IMG/VR virus record: IMGVR_UViG_3300019863_000024
Coordinates: 1-58,956 of that record
Reading direction: 5' to 3' (one strand)
DNA from: a virus
Lineage: Duplodnaviria; Caudoviricetes
DNA length: 58,956 bases
The stretch's first letter is position 1, and every line of letters starts with the position of its first letter. Below are positions 29,658-39,781 of this stretch, piece after piece. Both the position numbers and the translations under genes were made by a program. Under the pieces are notes generated by a model, which had not been told where the DNA came from, did not search any database, and was given only the letters and a program-made list of their open reading frames with translations.

Positions 29658-30326
29658 ATGAATGAACTACAATTATATGGGTTTAAAGCTGAGACTCTAG
29701 CTGATACTAAAGTTACATTTGCATTACAACAAGGTTTATGGCTAAATGCTACTGAAGTTGCTAAGAGTTATGGTAAAGACTTACAGGGATATTGGAGACT
29801 ACAAGATACTATTGATTATATAGATGTTGTTGCAGAATCTAATTCAGTTCTCACGACTGAATTAAAAATAGCTGTAAAAGGTAAGTATGGTGGTACATAT
29901 ATTCATCCAGATTTAGTAATTAGTTTTGCTAGATGGGTAAATCCTAAGTTTGCTTACGAATGTGATAAGTTCATTAAAGATGAAATCATAAGAGTAAATA
30001 CTATTAAAACTGAAGCATTACTTGAACAAGCTGAGAAAGATAAACAACAAGCTGTGATGGAAGCTAAGAGATGTAAAATCTATGACGATGGTTCAATGAG
30101 TGTTAGAGGTATTATTCAACATTTAGGGTTAGATGTAACAGAAGACTTTGTTTGGGATGCTTTAACCTATGCAGGGTTTAATGAGGATATTACCAAAGTA
30201 ACAAAATATAGACGTATCCCAGATAATACACCATCTTATATTGGTACACCTAGAGGTACTCAAAGTCCTACTTTTTTCCCACAAGTAGTTAAACAAGTAG
30301 TATTAGACTATATGGATGTAGTATAA
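29658..30326 (+). CDS. KilA-N domain antirepressor-like protein
   Basis: WLNATEVAKSYGK...YW, GGTYIHPDLVISFARWVNPKF. Confidence 0.88.
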   Translation: MNELQLYGFKAETLADTKVTFALQQGLWLNATEVAKSYGKDLQGYWRLQDTIDYIDVVAESNSVLTTELKIAVKGKYGGTYIHPDLVISFARWVNPKFAYECDKFIKDEIIRVNTIKTEALLEQAEKDKQQAVMEAKRCKIYDDGSMSVRGIIQHLGLDVTEDFVWDALTYAGFNEDITKVTKYRRIPDNTPSYIGTPRGTQSPTFFPQVVKQVVLDYMDVV

Positions 30327-30373
30327 ATTAATTCTTACCCTATTATTAAGTTTAATAGGGTATACTTTAAAAG

Positions 30374-30480
30374 ATACTTTAGAGGTTACCAAGCCAATTC
30401 AGTTATCATCTATTACACTCGTAGTTGATGGTAACCTCTAAAGTATTAATTTGTGATAAGCATAATGGTAATCTTCCACT
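30374..30480 (+). ncRNA. Orphan leader of type A with no ORF behind it
   Basis: Perfect 18-bp stem 30374-30391/30429-30446, TAATTTG linker, second loop containing TGGTAAT. Confidence 0.5.
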
Positions 30481-30540
30481 CAAGAGACAATCTTCTATTT
30501 TTGAATCTATACTTAAATTATGTATGGTATACTTATGTCT

Positions 30541-30675
30541 TAATGGTTTTAATGGTGGTCTTATAATCTCTTTATCACTTGGTAAAGGTCTCCATTAAGG
30601 TTGTTAGTTACACAATTAGTACTGAGACTACTAAACCATAAACCTTAAACTTATTGTCTCGAAAGAATATTTAGC
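30541..30675 (+). ncRNA. Structured leader B (code GTCT / TGAGAC)
   Basis: Stem 30541-30562/30585-30606; hairpin TTAGTA-ctgagac-TACTAA; GTCTCG at 30656-30661 next to the RBS; homologous to 50632-50770(-). Confidence 0.6.
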
Positions 30676-31347
30676 ATGAGTAGACTACAACTACAAAGCC
30701 TTAAATCAATTACTTTGCATGAGTTACAAGTGTCACTACAACAAGGCTTATGGTTAAATGCAACCCATATTGCTAAAGACTATGGTAAAGACTTATCTAA
30801 CTATTGGAGAAGTTCAGGTACAGAACAATACTGTAAAGCATTAATAAACTCTAATTATGAAGATTTCACTGATATCAAACAGATTGTTGTAGGTAGAGGT
30901 AAAACACAAGGAACTTTTATACATCAAGATTTAGTAATTAACTTTCTATTATGGATTGGTATAAAATATAAAGATATCATTAGTATACCATCTATTAGTG
31001 AGAGTATGCGACAAAAGAACATAGAGATTGGTGGTTCAATAGAGGTAAAGAATACTAAAAAGATTTCAAATGTTTTATACTTAATAACTGATGGTATATA
31101 CACAAAGATAGGTATAGCTACTAAGAATGCTACTAGAAGACTTAAACAATGTCAGACTGGTAATCCTAAGAAATTATGGATTGAGTTTGAAGTCTTTATT
31201 ACAAATGCAAGAGAGATAGAAGCTAAACTTCATAAAGAGTACTCTGATAAAAGACTTATGGGAGAGTGGTTTAAGTTAGATAAGAGTGATATTGAAGACA
31301 TTAAGTTTAAGACATTATATCCTTTCCATAAAGACTCTATCAGCTGA
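30676..31347 (+). CDS. KilA-N plus T5orf172 (GIY-YIG-like) protein
   Basis: WLNATHIAKDYGK...QGTFIH; C-terminal VLYLI..TKIG..RRLKQCQTGNP...IEAKLH...GEWF. Confidence 0.88.
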   Translation: MSRLQLQSLKSITLHELQVSLQQGLWLNATHIAKDYGKDLSNYWRSSGTEQYCKALINSNYEDFTDIKQIVVGRGKTQGTFIHQDLVINFLLWIGIKYKDIISIPSISESMRQKNIEIGGSIEVKNTKKISNVLYLITDGIYTKIGIATKNATRRLKQCQTGNPKKLWIEFEVFITNAREIEAKLHKEYSDKRLMGEWFKLDKSDIEDIKFKTLYPFHKDSIS

Positions 31348-31399
31348 AGATACTTTTACCCACGTATTTATTAAGTTAAGTATGCTATAATTATATACA

Positions 31400-31536
31400 A
31401 ACAATTTCATTATATTCACTAGAAGTTTTCTTGACGGTCTTTCTGCTAGTGGATATACTGAAGTTGTTAAGTGAAAGACCGTCAATCTCTCACTCGATCC
31501 AAGAATCGACTTACATTTTGACATATAGGATTCATT
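31400..31536 (+). ncRNA. Structured leader C (code TTGAC / GTCAA)
   Basis: TTGACGGTCTTTC (31431-31443) is the perfect complement of GAAAGACCGTCAA (31473-31485) in the second hairpin; TTGAC again at 31518-31522 before the RBS. Confidence 0.6.
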
Positions 31537-32139
31537 ATGAATGAATTAATTAAAGTATTTGATGATGCAGTGTTACCTATAGAGGTAATTAATGAAAAAG
31601 AGTTTATGGTAAACGTTAGTGGTATTGCTAATAAGTATGGTAAACGATTTAAGGATTGGAAAGATTCTGCTAGAGTTTCAGAATTACTTAAGATAAGAGA
31701 AAATTCGCATAACTTAAAGCAAACTGAACTTATACTTATTAGTGGTAATACACAAAAAGTACATAATAGTATGTTGGTATCTTTCGCAAGATTTATATCA
31801 CCAGAGTTTGAGGTATGGTGTGATGATACTATCTATGAGATTCTCACTGAGTCTAAAGATAAGGAGATTAAGAGACTCAAAGAAGAACGTAAGTTATGTA
31901 TGGTAGATGCTAATGGTTACTCATCTATCAGAGGTATTGCACAACGTAGTGACTATACCGAGTCTCAGATACAAAGGTTCTTTGTTAAGCTTGGAGCTAT
32001 TGAGGACTCTATTAGACCAACAAAGTATTGGTATATGAAAGATGATAATAATGGTCTATTAATGAGTAGAGGAGAGTTTCAAACTCCTTATATAAAGCTA
32101 GATAAAGCTATTAGACTACTAGACCAATACTATAAATAG
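31537..32139 (+). CDS. KilA-N domain antirepressor-like protein
   Basis: VNVSGIANKYGKRFKDW...VHNSMLVSFARFISPEFEVWCD. Confidence 0.85.
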   Translation: MNELIKVFDDAVLPIEVINEKEFMVNVSGIANKYGKRFKDWKDSARVSELLKIRENSHNLKQTELILISGNTQKVHNSMLVSFARFISPEFEVWCDDTIYEILTESKDKEIKRLKEERKLCMVDANGYSSIRGIAQRSDYTESQIQRFFVKLGAIEDSIRPTKYWYMKDDNNGLLMSRGEFQTPYIKLDKAIRLLDQYYK

Positions 32140-32316
32140 ACTATTCACATACTTATTAAGTTAAGTATGTTATACTAATACTACCTACATTACAATTAAA
32201 ACCTGGTGTGTAGGGAAATCTACCAATTTACTTACTTTACCTTACTTTCCTATTAAACCACTAATTAAGACTTCATACAGTATAATGAGTTCAAACTAAC
32301 AATAAAGGATAGACCT

Positions 32317-32922
32317 ATGGAAATAAAATTTGAGGATATTAGTGTTGAATACATTAACTCATTAGATAAGCAAAAAGAGTTACAAGATATCTTACTATCA
32401 GCGTTTAATAAGACAAGTGTCCCATTTGCTAAGAACCCTAAGAACCCTAAAACTGATGATTTAAAAGCTTATATGATTGGACTCTATGTAGCAAAGATTG
32501 AATCTATCGAAGAAGCTAAACGAGCTAAAGAACTAGCTGAACTAAGTAAAACTTCTGAGGGTAAAGCTAAGAGTAGACGAGAGAGACTTCAAGAAGCTAC
32601 TAAATTAGTTCCTGTAATTATTTCTGATTCAAACCCTAATCAAACTTTAGATGATTCATCAGGTATTGCTGAGTTTAAGACTTATGGTAATGATGAGATA
32701 GGTTTACATACTAGATTAGTAGTATTTGATGTACCATGGTTACTCCCTAATGCATTACTTGATAGCATGAGACAAGCTACTTATTCGAAGTTTGTTCAAA
32801 GAGGTAATAGTGTTATGCAAATTGCTCCTACACCAAGATATAGTATTCAAGAACTCCCTATGTTAACTCCAGAAGATATAGAAAAAATGAAGAAGATTAA
32901 AGCTACAATGGAAAACTATTAA
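32317..32922 (+). CDS. N4 gp55-like protein
   Basis: EATKLVPVII...NP, GNDEIG...VVFDVPWLLP, YSIQELPMLTPED; synteny. Confidence 0.75.
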   Translation: MEIKFEDISVEYINSLDKQKELQDILLSAFNKTSVPFAKNPKNPKTDDLKAYMIGLYVAKIESIEEAKRAKELAELSKTSEGKAKSRRERLQEATKLVPVIISDSNPNQTLDDSSGIAEFKTYGNDEIGLHTRLVVFDVPWLLPNALLDSMRQATYSKFVQRGNSVMQIAPTPRYSIQELPMLTPEDIEKMKKIKATMENY

Positions 32923-32938
32923 TAGTAAAGGATAACTC

Positions 32939-34540
32939 ATGCCTATAGTTACAAACCACCCTAATGCCGAAGTAGATAGCGTAGACTTTAATACAATATT
33001 AGATAGTCTACCTGATGCTTTAGATATACCTACAGATTTAGGTAAACTTGATGACTTAATTTCTAAACTTACTGATAGTAATAATAGGATTTCAAGTGAG
33101 AAATTAATTGGAGAGGGTACATTAGAGGATGGTGGTTTAGTAGGCTCATTACTTCATTTATTAAGAGCTCATAGTGTTGCATCTTTAAAGTCTGGAGAGT
33201 TAACTAAAGCTAACTTAGGTGAAGTATACTCAGGTCTTTTAAATGTTGCTACAGATACAGCTGTTAAGATGTTAACTTCAAGTTCTACAGAGTTACAAAC
33301 TGCAACTGAAGCCTTATCAAGAGCTATTATGGCTAAGATTAGTATAAATGAAGAAGTTGCTAAGTTACAGTATGAAAAGTATAAAGTAGCTGGAGAAGCT
33401 TACAAATTAGAAGTATTAAACCCTTTAACAAGAGAACAACTTAAAGAGACTAATGAAAAGCTTCATATAGACCATGAGATAGCTAAATATACCTACGATT
33501 ATATCTTACCTGAGGATTTAGGTGCTAAGGTAAAGAATAACAGTCTATTAGATATTAATTATAAAGAGAGAGAGTACTCCTATACAAATATACTACCATT
33601 AGACAAGTCTATCAAAGATAAACAGATAGATGATATGACTGTTGGAACCAGTATCAAAGAGTATAACTTATCAGATATGTTACCTACTGACAAAGAAATC
33701 AAATTAAAACAAATTGATGATTTAGCTAAAGATACATCTATTAAAGACTATAACCTTACTAATATTCTCCCAGCTGATAAAGATATGAAGTTAAAACAGA
33801 CTCAAGGTATAGAGAAAGATACATCCATTAAAGATTATAACTTAACAAATATCTTACCTTTAGATAAGAGTATGAAAGAAGATCAGATTGCTGATTTAGC
33901 TAAAGAGACAGAAATTAAAAGTTATAATTTAACTAATATACTCCCTTTAGATAAGAATTTCAAGACAAATCAAGTTGCTGACTTAGCTAAAGATACTGCT
34001 ATTAAAGACTTTAATCTAACAAATCTTCTACCTTTAGATGAAAGCCTTAAAAATAATCAGATTAGTGACTTAGCCAAGAGTACAGAAACTAAAGCATATA
34101 ACTTATCAGATATACTACCAGCACAGAAAGATAAACTATTGGCTGATAATGGTCTTGTAACACAAAACACCACTAATGCAGCAACACAGAATGACATCCT
34201 TGGTATAGAGAAGTTAATTAAAGATTATTATCATACTAACATTCAACCTGAAGAGTATTCACTATCTAAAGCAAAAGCATTCATAGAGGAAGTTAATGCA
34301 GGAGAGTATGTTGTAGCTGACTCTTTACCTTATAAGAAGATGCAACAAATAGATGTTCAAACATCACTATATGATAGACAGATAGGAACTTATGATGATG
34401 TTAAGTATCAAAAGTTATTAAATACTATTATGAATTATAACTCCATGATTTTCCCTGACAATACTGCAACTGATAAGTTATTACCTTGGGCTGTAGATCA
34501 TACAAATAGTCTTAATATCTATAACACTTTAATGGGTTAG
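32939..34540 (+). CDS. N4 gp54-like virion/tail protein with 29-aa repeats
   Basis: GEG...GGLVGSLL, LYDRQIGTYDD..QK; synteny. Confidence 0.65.
   Translation: MPIVTNHPNAEVDSVDFNTILDSLPDALDIPTDLGKLDDLISKLTDSNNRISSEKLIGEGTLEDGGLVGSLLHLLRAHSVASLKSGELTKANLGEVYSGLLNVATDTAVKMLTSSSTELQTATEALSRAIMAKISINEEVAKLQYEKYKVAGEAYKLEVLNPLTREQLKETNEKLHIDHEIAKYTYDYILPEDLGAKVKNNSLLDINYKEREYSYTNILPLDKSIKDKQIDDMTVGTSIKEYNLSDMLPTDKEIKLKQIDDLAKDTSIKDYNLTNILPADKDMKLKQTQGIEKDTSIKDYNLTNILPLDKSMKEDQIADLAKETEIKSYNLTNILPLDKNFKTNQVADLAKDTAIKDFNLTNLLPLDESLKNNQISDLAKSTETKAYNLSDILPAQKDKLLADNGLVTQNTTNAATQNDILGIEKLIKDYYHTNIQPEEYSLSKAKAFIEEVNAGEYVVADSLPYKKMQQIDVQTSLYDRQIGTYDDVKYQKLLNTIMNYNSMIFPDNTATDKLLPWAVDHTNSLNIYNTLMG
33401..34140 (+). 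repeat. About 9 copies of an 87-bp (29-aa) coding repeat
   Basis: YNLTNILPLDKxxKxxQIxDLAKDTxIKD units starting every 87 bp from 33401 to 34097. Confidence 0.85.
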
Positions 34541-34553
34541 AGGTTACTCATTT

Positions 34554-37151
34554 ATGGGCTTATTCTCAGGTAAAAAGGTTACTACTATTGGTGTATCAGC
34601 ATTAGACCTAGGAGTAAGTGGTTATAATGCATATTATGCCTTTAGGAAGAACTTACTCTTTGCTGTAGAGCCTAGTATAAATCCTATAGAACGTTTCCAA
34701 GAAGAAATGTTTAAATACAAACAAAGTGTTAAACATGCATATTCAAGTGCTAGGCTAAGTCAGTATGGAATAGACCCTATTGAGACTACTACGACTATAT
34801 CTAAGACTCCTACAGTTGTTAACTTCTTTAAAGATAACCCTAGTTATTACAATCTTAAATATCCTGACTTTATCATACCTAGGAGTATTGATTGGCAAAC
34901 TACAGTAGCTACTGATCCTTTTGATCCTAATGAAGCTCCAGCAGTACAAAGAGGTATAGATGGTCGTGATACTTGGATTCCAGTTCATATCGACTCATTA
35001 AACGAAGATGGGTATGCTCAACATGAATTAAGTGATGCTTATGATCCAGACTCTGGTGTTAGTACTCCTGAGAACTTTTATCTTGTGTATGATTCTCAAT
35101 CTTATGATGACACAACAAGAGTGTTTACAACCTCCTTTAGATTATATCAAAGACCTCAAGATAGTAATGATGTAAATCTTATAGAGACACATACTGATGA
35201 TACTTATGACTTAACAGATTATGTCTTTAAAGGTATCTCTGTATTTACTACTGGGTTTAATCAAGGTGAAGTAATACTCAGAATGGGTGTAGATATAGAT
35301 ACTTCGACACAATCCTTTTCAGTTACACAACAATATGAACCTTTAATATCATTGAAAGAAGCTAATAAGGCTACTCTAGCAGACTATGGAGGTGGTAACT
35401 TAACAGATGAAGAGAAACTAAAAGCTTTCTATCAAAATAAGATATTAGAGAGTATAGGTATGAACTTTGATTCTGCAAAACCTTATTTAGATAATGATAA
35501 GATTACTGATTTGAAAGTAGGAATGATTTTTAACTTGAACACTATTAATGAGAATAGAGGTGTTATACATAGTTTTTTCAATAACTTAGAGATATTTTCA
35601 AATCAAGAAGACTCTTCATACATAGGTAGTGATCACATTTATGAACCTACTTATTATCCTATTCATGAGTTAACTACTATTAAATTACCATTGAGTGATA
35701 TGACTTTAGAAGTATCATTTCAGCTAGAACGGTTTACAAGAGATTCAATATCTTTAGCTATCAATGAGAAGTTAAGATGTAAATTAAAATTAATCTCAAA
35801 TGATACAATGGACAATATCAACTCACCTGAGATGGTAAGTGTTTATGAAGATTTGTATGGTGCAGGTTCATCAGATGGTTTAACTGTGTTTGAAATGAGA
35901 AATGATGTAATAGCTGATTATAATAGCTCAAGTGACCCTAGTGATGCTCTTAAGGAAGCTTATGGGTTATTACCTACAATTAAACAATTAAGTGCTTTAT
36001 ATGACATTATAGACACTGTGCTATACATCCCTGAGTTTACAAATACAACTGATATAGAAGACTTCTTGGTTTCTTTAGATCCTGATACTTATACAGGGTA
36101 TAGTGTTACATCCTATAGGTATATTAGTGCCTCTACCAACTCTAACTTTAAGTATGAAGTTATTGAACAATCTGTAACTACCTTATCTCACTATACAGAC
36201 TTTAATAATGTAGATAATTGTGCTAAGTATATAATTAGAAGAACTGATGACTCTACAGATTCAGAAGTAATTTATGTATTATGTGGATTAAAAATGAGAT
36301 ATTATGACTCATCAGGACATGATTATACAAGTTATGGTCAGATAGGTTCAACTACTCCTTTCTTTATGCCTGTAAGATATGGTGCTTTAGATAATATACC
36401 ATTCTTTGACTATATAGAATCAAAAGATGCAATGTTAAATGGTATTGTGTTCACAGTCCAAGTAGTAAAGTTAAAATGGTATCAGACTGGGATATTTAGA
36501 GTAGTGTTACAGATAGTATTAGTGGTTATTGCTGTTGCCATAGAGATAGCTACATCAGGTACAGCTACAAGTATAGCAACTGTTCTATTGTCCACAGCTG
36601 AGAGCTTAGCAGTAGCTTTTGCTATAAGTACTGTTGTTACAGAAGTAGCTAAAGCATTTAATATAGATTCATCTATTGTTCAGATAGCCTTAGCTGTAGT
36701 TGAAGCTTATTTTACATCAGATACTACTAATTTATTTGAATCATTAGGGTTATTAATTGCTGACCAAGCATTAAAGTATCAAACTATACAATATCAACAA
36801 GATACTGAAAGGTTAATAGCTCAACAGAAAGAGATAGATAGAAAGTTAAAACTTATTCAATTAACTGCACAGAGTAGTGACAAGAAGATAAAACCTTGGG
36901 CTATCTTAGAGAACATTATAAATAGTCAAGATGCAACTTCTACAAGTGACTCAAGTATTAACTTATCCATGCAAAAACTAGAAGAGGCTATGGAAAGGAG
37001 TAAATACTCAGTAGAACCTGAAGTTAGAGGTGTTACTTACGACTTACAATCATCAGCTTTCTCTACTCTTAATCATGCTGAAAGACAGTATAGCATAGAA
37101 TATCAAATAGGTATTGTTAATAATTCATTTGGTGACAATACAAACTTATAA
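34554..37151 (+). CDS. N4 gp53-like virion protein
   Basis: MGLFSGKK start, VVKLKWYQTGIF followed by hydrophobic segments. Confidence 0.75.
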   Translation: MGLFSGKKVTTIGVSALDLGVSGYNAYYAFRKNLLFAVEPSINPIERFQEEMFKYKQSVKHAYSSARLSQYGIDPIETTTTISKTPTVVNFFKDNPSYYNLKYPDFIIPRSIDWQTTVATDPFDPNEAPAVQRGIDGRDTWIPVHIDSLNEDGYAQHELSDAYDPDSGVSTPENFYLVYDSQSYDDTTRVFTTSFRLYQRPQDSNDVNLIETHTDDTYDLTDYVFKGISVFTTGFNQGEVILRMGVDIDTSTQSFSVTQQYEPLISLKEANKATLADYGGGNLTDEEKLKAFYQNKILESIGMNFDSAKPYLDNDKITDLKVGMIFNLNTINENRGVIHSFFNNLEIFSNQEDSSYIGSDHIYEPTYYPIHELTTIKLPLSDMTLEVSFQLERFTRDSISLAINEKLRCKLKLISNDTMDNINSPEMVSVYEDLYGAGSSDGLTVFEMRNDVIADYNSSSDPSDALKEAYGLLPTIKQLSALYDIIDTVLYIPEFTNTTDIEDFLVSLDPDTYTGYSVTSYRYISASTNSNFKYEVIEQSVTTLSHYTDFNNVDNCAKYIIRRTDDSTDSEVIYVLCGLKMRYYDSSGHDYTSYGQIGSTTPFFMPVRYGALDNIPFFDYIESKDAMLNGIVFTVQVVKLKWYQTGIFRVVLQIVLVVIAVAIEIATSGTATSIATVLLSTAESLAVAFAISTVVTEVAKAFNIDSSIVQIALAVVEAYFTSDTTNLFESLGLLIADQALKYQTIQYQQDTERLIAQQKEIDRKLKLIQLTAQSSDKKIKPWAILENIINSQDATSTSDSSINLSMQKLEEAMERSKYSVEPEVRGVTYDLQSSAFSTLNHAERQYSIEYQIGIVNNSFGDNTNL

Positions 37152-37178
37152 TAAATAATTACTCACAAAGGATAACTC

Positions 37179-37739
37179 ATGAGTTCAGAATCATACTTTA
37201 GACCTACAACATTCAATGGTGTCGCAACTGGAGTTCAACAACCAGCATCAGACATTAGTTCATCAGCATTTAATGGAGATACCTCTTTTGGTCAATACAA
37301 GTCTCCATCATTCTTACAAAGTAATAATAATTATAACAATAGTGGTAGTAGTAATAGTAGTGGTATAGACACTCTAGGAGCTATAAACTCAGGAGCATCT
37401 ATACTTAGAACTCTAGGTGGTTTATGGTCTGCTCATGAACAGAATAAGATGGCTAAGCAAGAGTTTAACTTTAATAAAGATGTATTTAACAAACAATGGA
37501 CTGCATATCAGGAAGACAGACAAAGGAAACATGATTTTGAGGATAGTGTAGGAGACCAATATGATAGAGTTAATCATACAGGTAAGTATGCAAAAGACAC
37601 TACTAAAACTCCAGTAACTACACAACAAGCTCAAAGTAAAGAAAGAGGTACAGCTTCACCAGTTACTTCTTTAAACAATCAAAAGACTAAAGAGGTACAA
37701 TATACTAGACCTAAAAATCAAAATGTTTTAAAAGGATAA
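37179..37739 (+). CDS. N4 gp52-like ejection protein
   Basis: LGGLWSAHEQNKMAKQEFNFNK..FNKQW; no Cys; synteny. Confidence 0.7.
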   Translation: MSSESYFRPTTFNGVATGVQQPASDISSSAFNGDTSFGQYKSPSFLQSNNNYNNSGSSNSSGIDTLGAINSGASILRTLGGLWSAHEQNKMAKQEFNFNKDVFNKQWTAYQEDRQRKHDFEDSVGDQYDRVNHTGKYAKDTTKTPVTTQQAQSKERGTASPVTSLNNQKTKEVQYTRPKNQNVLKG

Positions 37740-37742
37740 GTC

Positions 37743-39767
37743 ATGGCTATTAAAGATTTTATAAGACCTCCATCAGGACAAATTAGAGCACCTCACCTTT
37801 CTAGTTATGGTGATGCTTTTGCTCCATTAACAGATCATATTCAAAGATTAGTAAATGCAAGAAATAAGAAAGAAGCAGTTCAAAAACAGATGGACTTTCA
37901 AATTGCTAGAGATAAAGCAAGACAAGACTTTCAAGCTAGAATGCAAGATGATAATCAAGAGTTTCAAAGTAATCAACAAAATACTAGGATTCAAGCTAGT
38001 GTTAATGCAGCTAAGGAACTACAAAAGAATCATGTAATCAATGCTGCAACTAACCATAGATATGATGTAGATAATAATAAAAGAAATTATAGAAACCAAG
38101 TGAACCTTAAAGGCATTGCTCATAAATATGATGTAGATAATAGTCAAAGAAACTTTAGAAACCAAGCAAACCTTAGAAGTATTGATCATAACTATCGTAT
38201 GGAAGATGCTCAAAATGCATATAATAATCAAGTGAATCTTAGGGAAATTAACCATAACTATGATATGGAAGACAGAGCTAAAGCTTACGACAATCAAGTG
38301 AATCTTAAAGACATACAACATAACTACGATGTAGAGGATAGAAACACTGCTTATGATAATCAAGTTAATTTAAGTAATATTCGACATAACTATGCTGTGG
38401 AAGATAGAGCTACAGACTATAACAATCAAGTAAATCTAAGAGGCATTGATCATAATTATAGAGTAGAAGATGCAGACAGAGCGTATGACAACCAAGTCAA
38501 TCTTAGAGGTATCGATCACAACTATAGGGTTGAAGATGCAGATAAAGCATATAACAATCAAGTTAACCTTAGGGGTATTGACCATAATTATAAAGTAGAA
38601 GACGAAGATAGAGCATTTGGTAATCAAGTTAACTTGGATAGTGTTAGGCATACTTATGACATAGATAAAATCAATGCTACAGCTGAAAAACAAAAAGAAA
38701 TGGCTAACCTTGCATTATCAAATAATAAAAAGCTAATTAACTTCAAGAATGGTTTAACAGAAAAAGCAAATAAGACTTATAGTAAGTTTCTTGAACCCTC
38801 TATTGTTTACTCTAAACCTAACGATGTTGCTACTAAAGAGGCTACAGTTAAAGCTCAATCTATCTCAGAGCCTAAGGTTAAAACATTATCAGATTCCTTT
38901 AATAAGAAGATTAATTCTGTTAGTAAGAAGTTAGGTATATCCTATGAAGATTACAATAAGAATAAAGATAAAGTAGACTCTCTCATAAAATCTACAGGAC
39001 TGACTTTAAAAGACTTTAAAGCAACTAAAGGAAGTTATACAACAAAGTATGGTAGTGTAATAGACTTATCAAAACCATCAGAAGCAGAAGATACAGTATC
39101 TTCTCTAACTGAATCAATATCTTCAGACTCTAAGAAGTTAAAATTTTTAGCTAAAAAGGGTTTAACTTATAGAGATGCATCATTCAGAAAGATAAGAGAT
39201 AGTATTGATAAGAAAACTGAAAAGGTTAATAATATTTACAAGTTAATTAACAATCCTAACCTTATTGAAGTAGCAAAAGCTTCTAAAGTATTTAAACCTA
39301 TAGAGTCAAAGTTTAATAAAGCTAGAGAGGCTATCAAAAAAGATGCATTTCGGTCTATAGGTATTAAAGACTATAAGCATTTACCAACTGATAATAAACC
39401 ACATATTGATTATGAAGCTACTATTCAAAGAAAGGCTGATAACCTAAAACAAGCTATGGCTAAAGGTGCTCCTAAGACTATAATATCTTTTTTACAAAAG
39501 GATTTAAGTAACTTACAGAAAGTTAATGCTAGTGCTCAAAAGCAAGTAGTATCAAAGAATAATACTCAACAAAATATTATTAAGAATACAAGGATCTCTA
39601 GTATTAACAGCTCTATAGCATCAGCAAGAGATGAACTTAAGGCTATTAACACTCAAAGAGCTAAGGATGATGGAGATATCAGTGAGAGCAATAAGAAAAG
39701 AATACTAGACTTAAAGAGAGAAATTAAAAAGCTTAATGCAGAAAAAGCTTCTGAAAAAATGAATTAG
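37743..39767 (+). CDS. N4 gp51-position ejection protein with 22-aa repeats
   Basis: No Cys seen, helical, directly upstream of vRNAP. Confidence 0.6.
   Translation: MAIKDFIRPPSGQIRAPHLSSYGDAFAPLTDHIQRLVNARNKKEAVQKQMDFQIARDKARQDFQARMQDDNQEFQSNQQNTRIQASVNAAKELQKNHVINAATNHRYDVDNNKRNYRNQVNLKGIAHKYDVDNSQRNFRNQANLRSIDHNYRMEDAQNAYNNQVNLREINHNYDMEDRAKAYDNQVNLKDIQHNYDVEDRNTAYDNQVNLSNIRHNYAVEDRATDYNNQVNLRGIDHNYRVEDADRAYDNQVNLRGIDHNYRVEDADKAYNNQVNLRGIDHNYKVEDEDRAFGNQVNLDSVRHTYDIDKINATAEKQKEMANLALSNNKKLINFKNGLTEKANKTYSKFLEPSIVYSKPNDVATKEATVKAQSISEPKVKTLSDSFNKKINSVSKKLGISYEDYNKNKDKVDSLIKSTGLTLKDFKATKGSYTTKYGSVIDLSKPSEAEDTVSSLTESISSDSKKLKFLAKKGLTYRDASFRKIRDSIDKKTEKVNNIYKLINNPNLIEVAKASKVFKPIESKFNKAREAIKKDAFRSIGIKDYKHLPTDNKPHIDYEATIQRKADNLKQAMAKGAPKTIISFLQKDLSNLQKVNASAQKQVVSKNNTQQNIIKNTRISSINSSIASARDELKAINTQRAKDDGDISESNKKRILDLKREIKKLNAEKASEKMN
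38094..38680 (+). repeat. 9 copies of a 66-bp (22-aa) coding repeat
   Basis: NQVNLRGIDHNYRVEDADRAYD units starting every 66 bp from 38094 to 38622. Confidence 0.9.
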
Positions 39768-39781
39768 AAAGGGTCTTCAAT

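Noticed and set aside
33401-38680. CRISPR-like periodic repeats
   Set aside because: In-frame coding repeats with synonymous variation and no unique spacers
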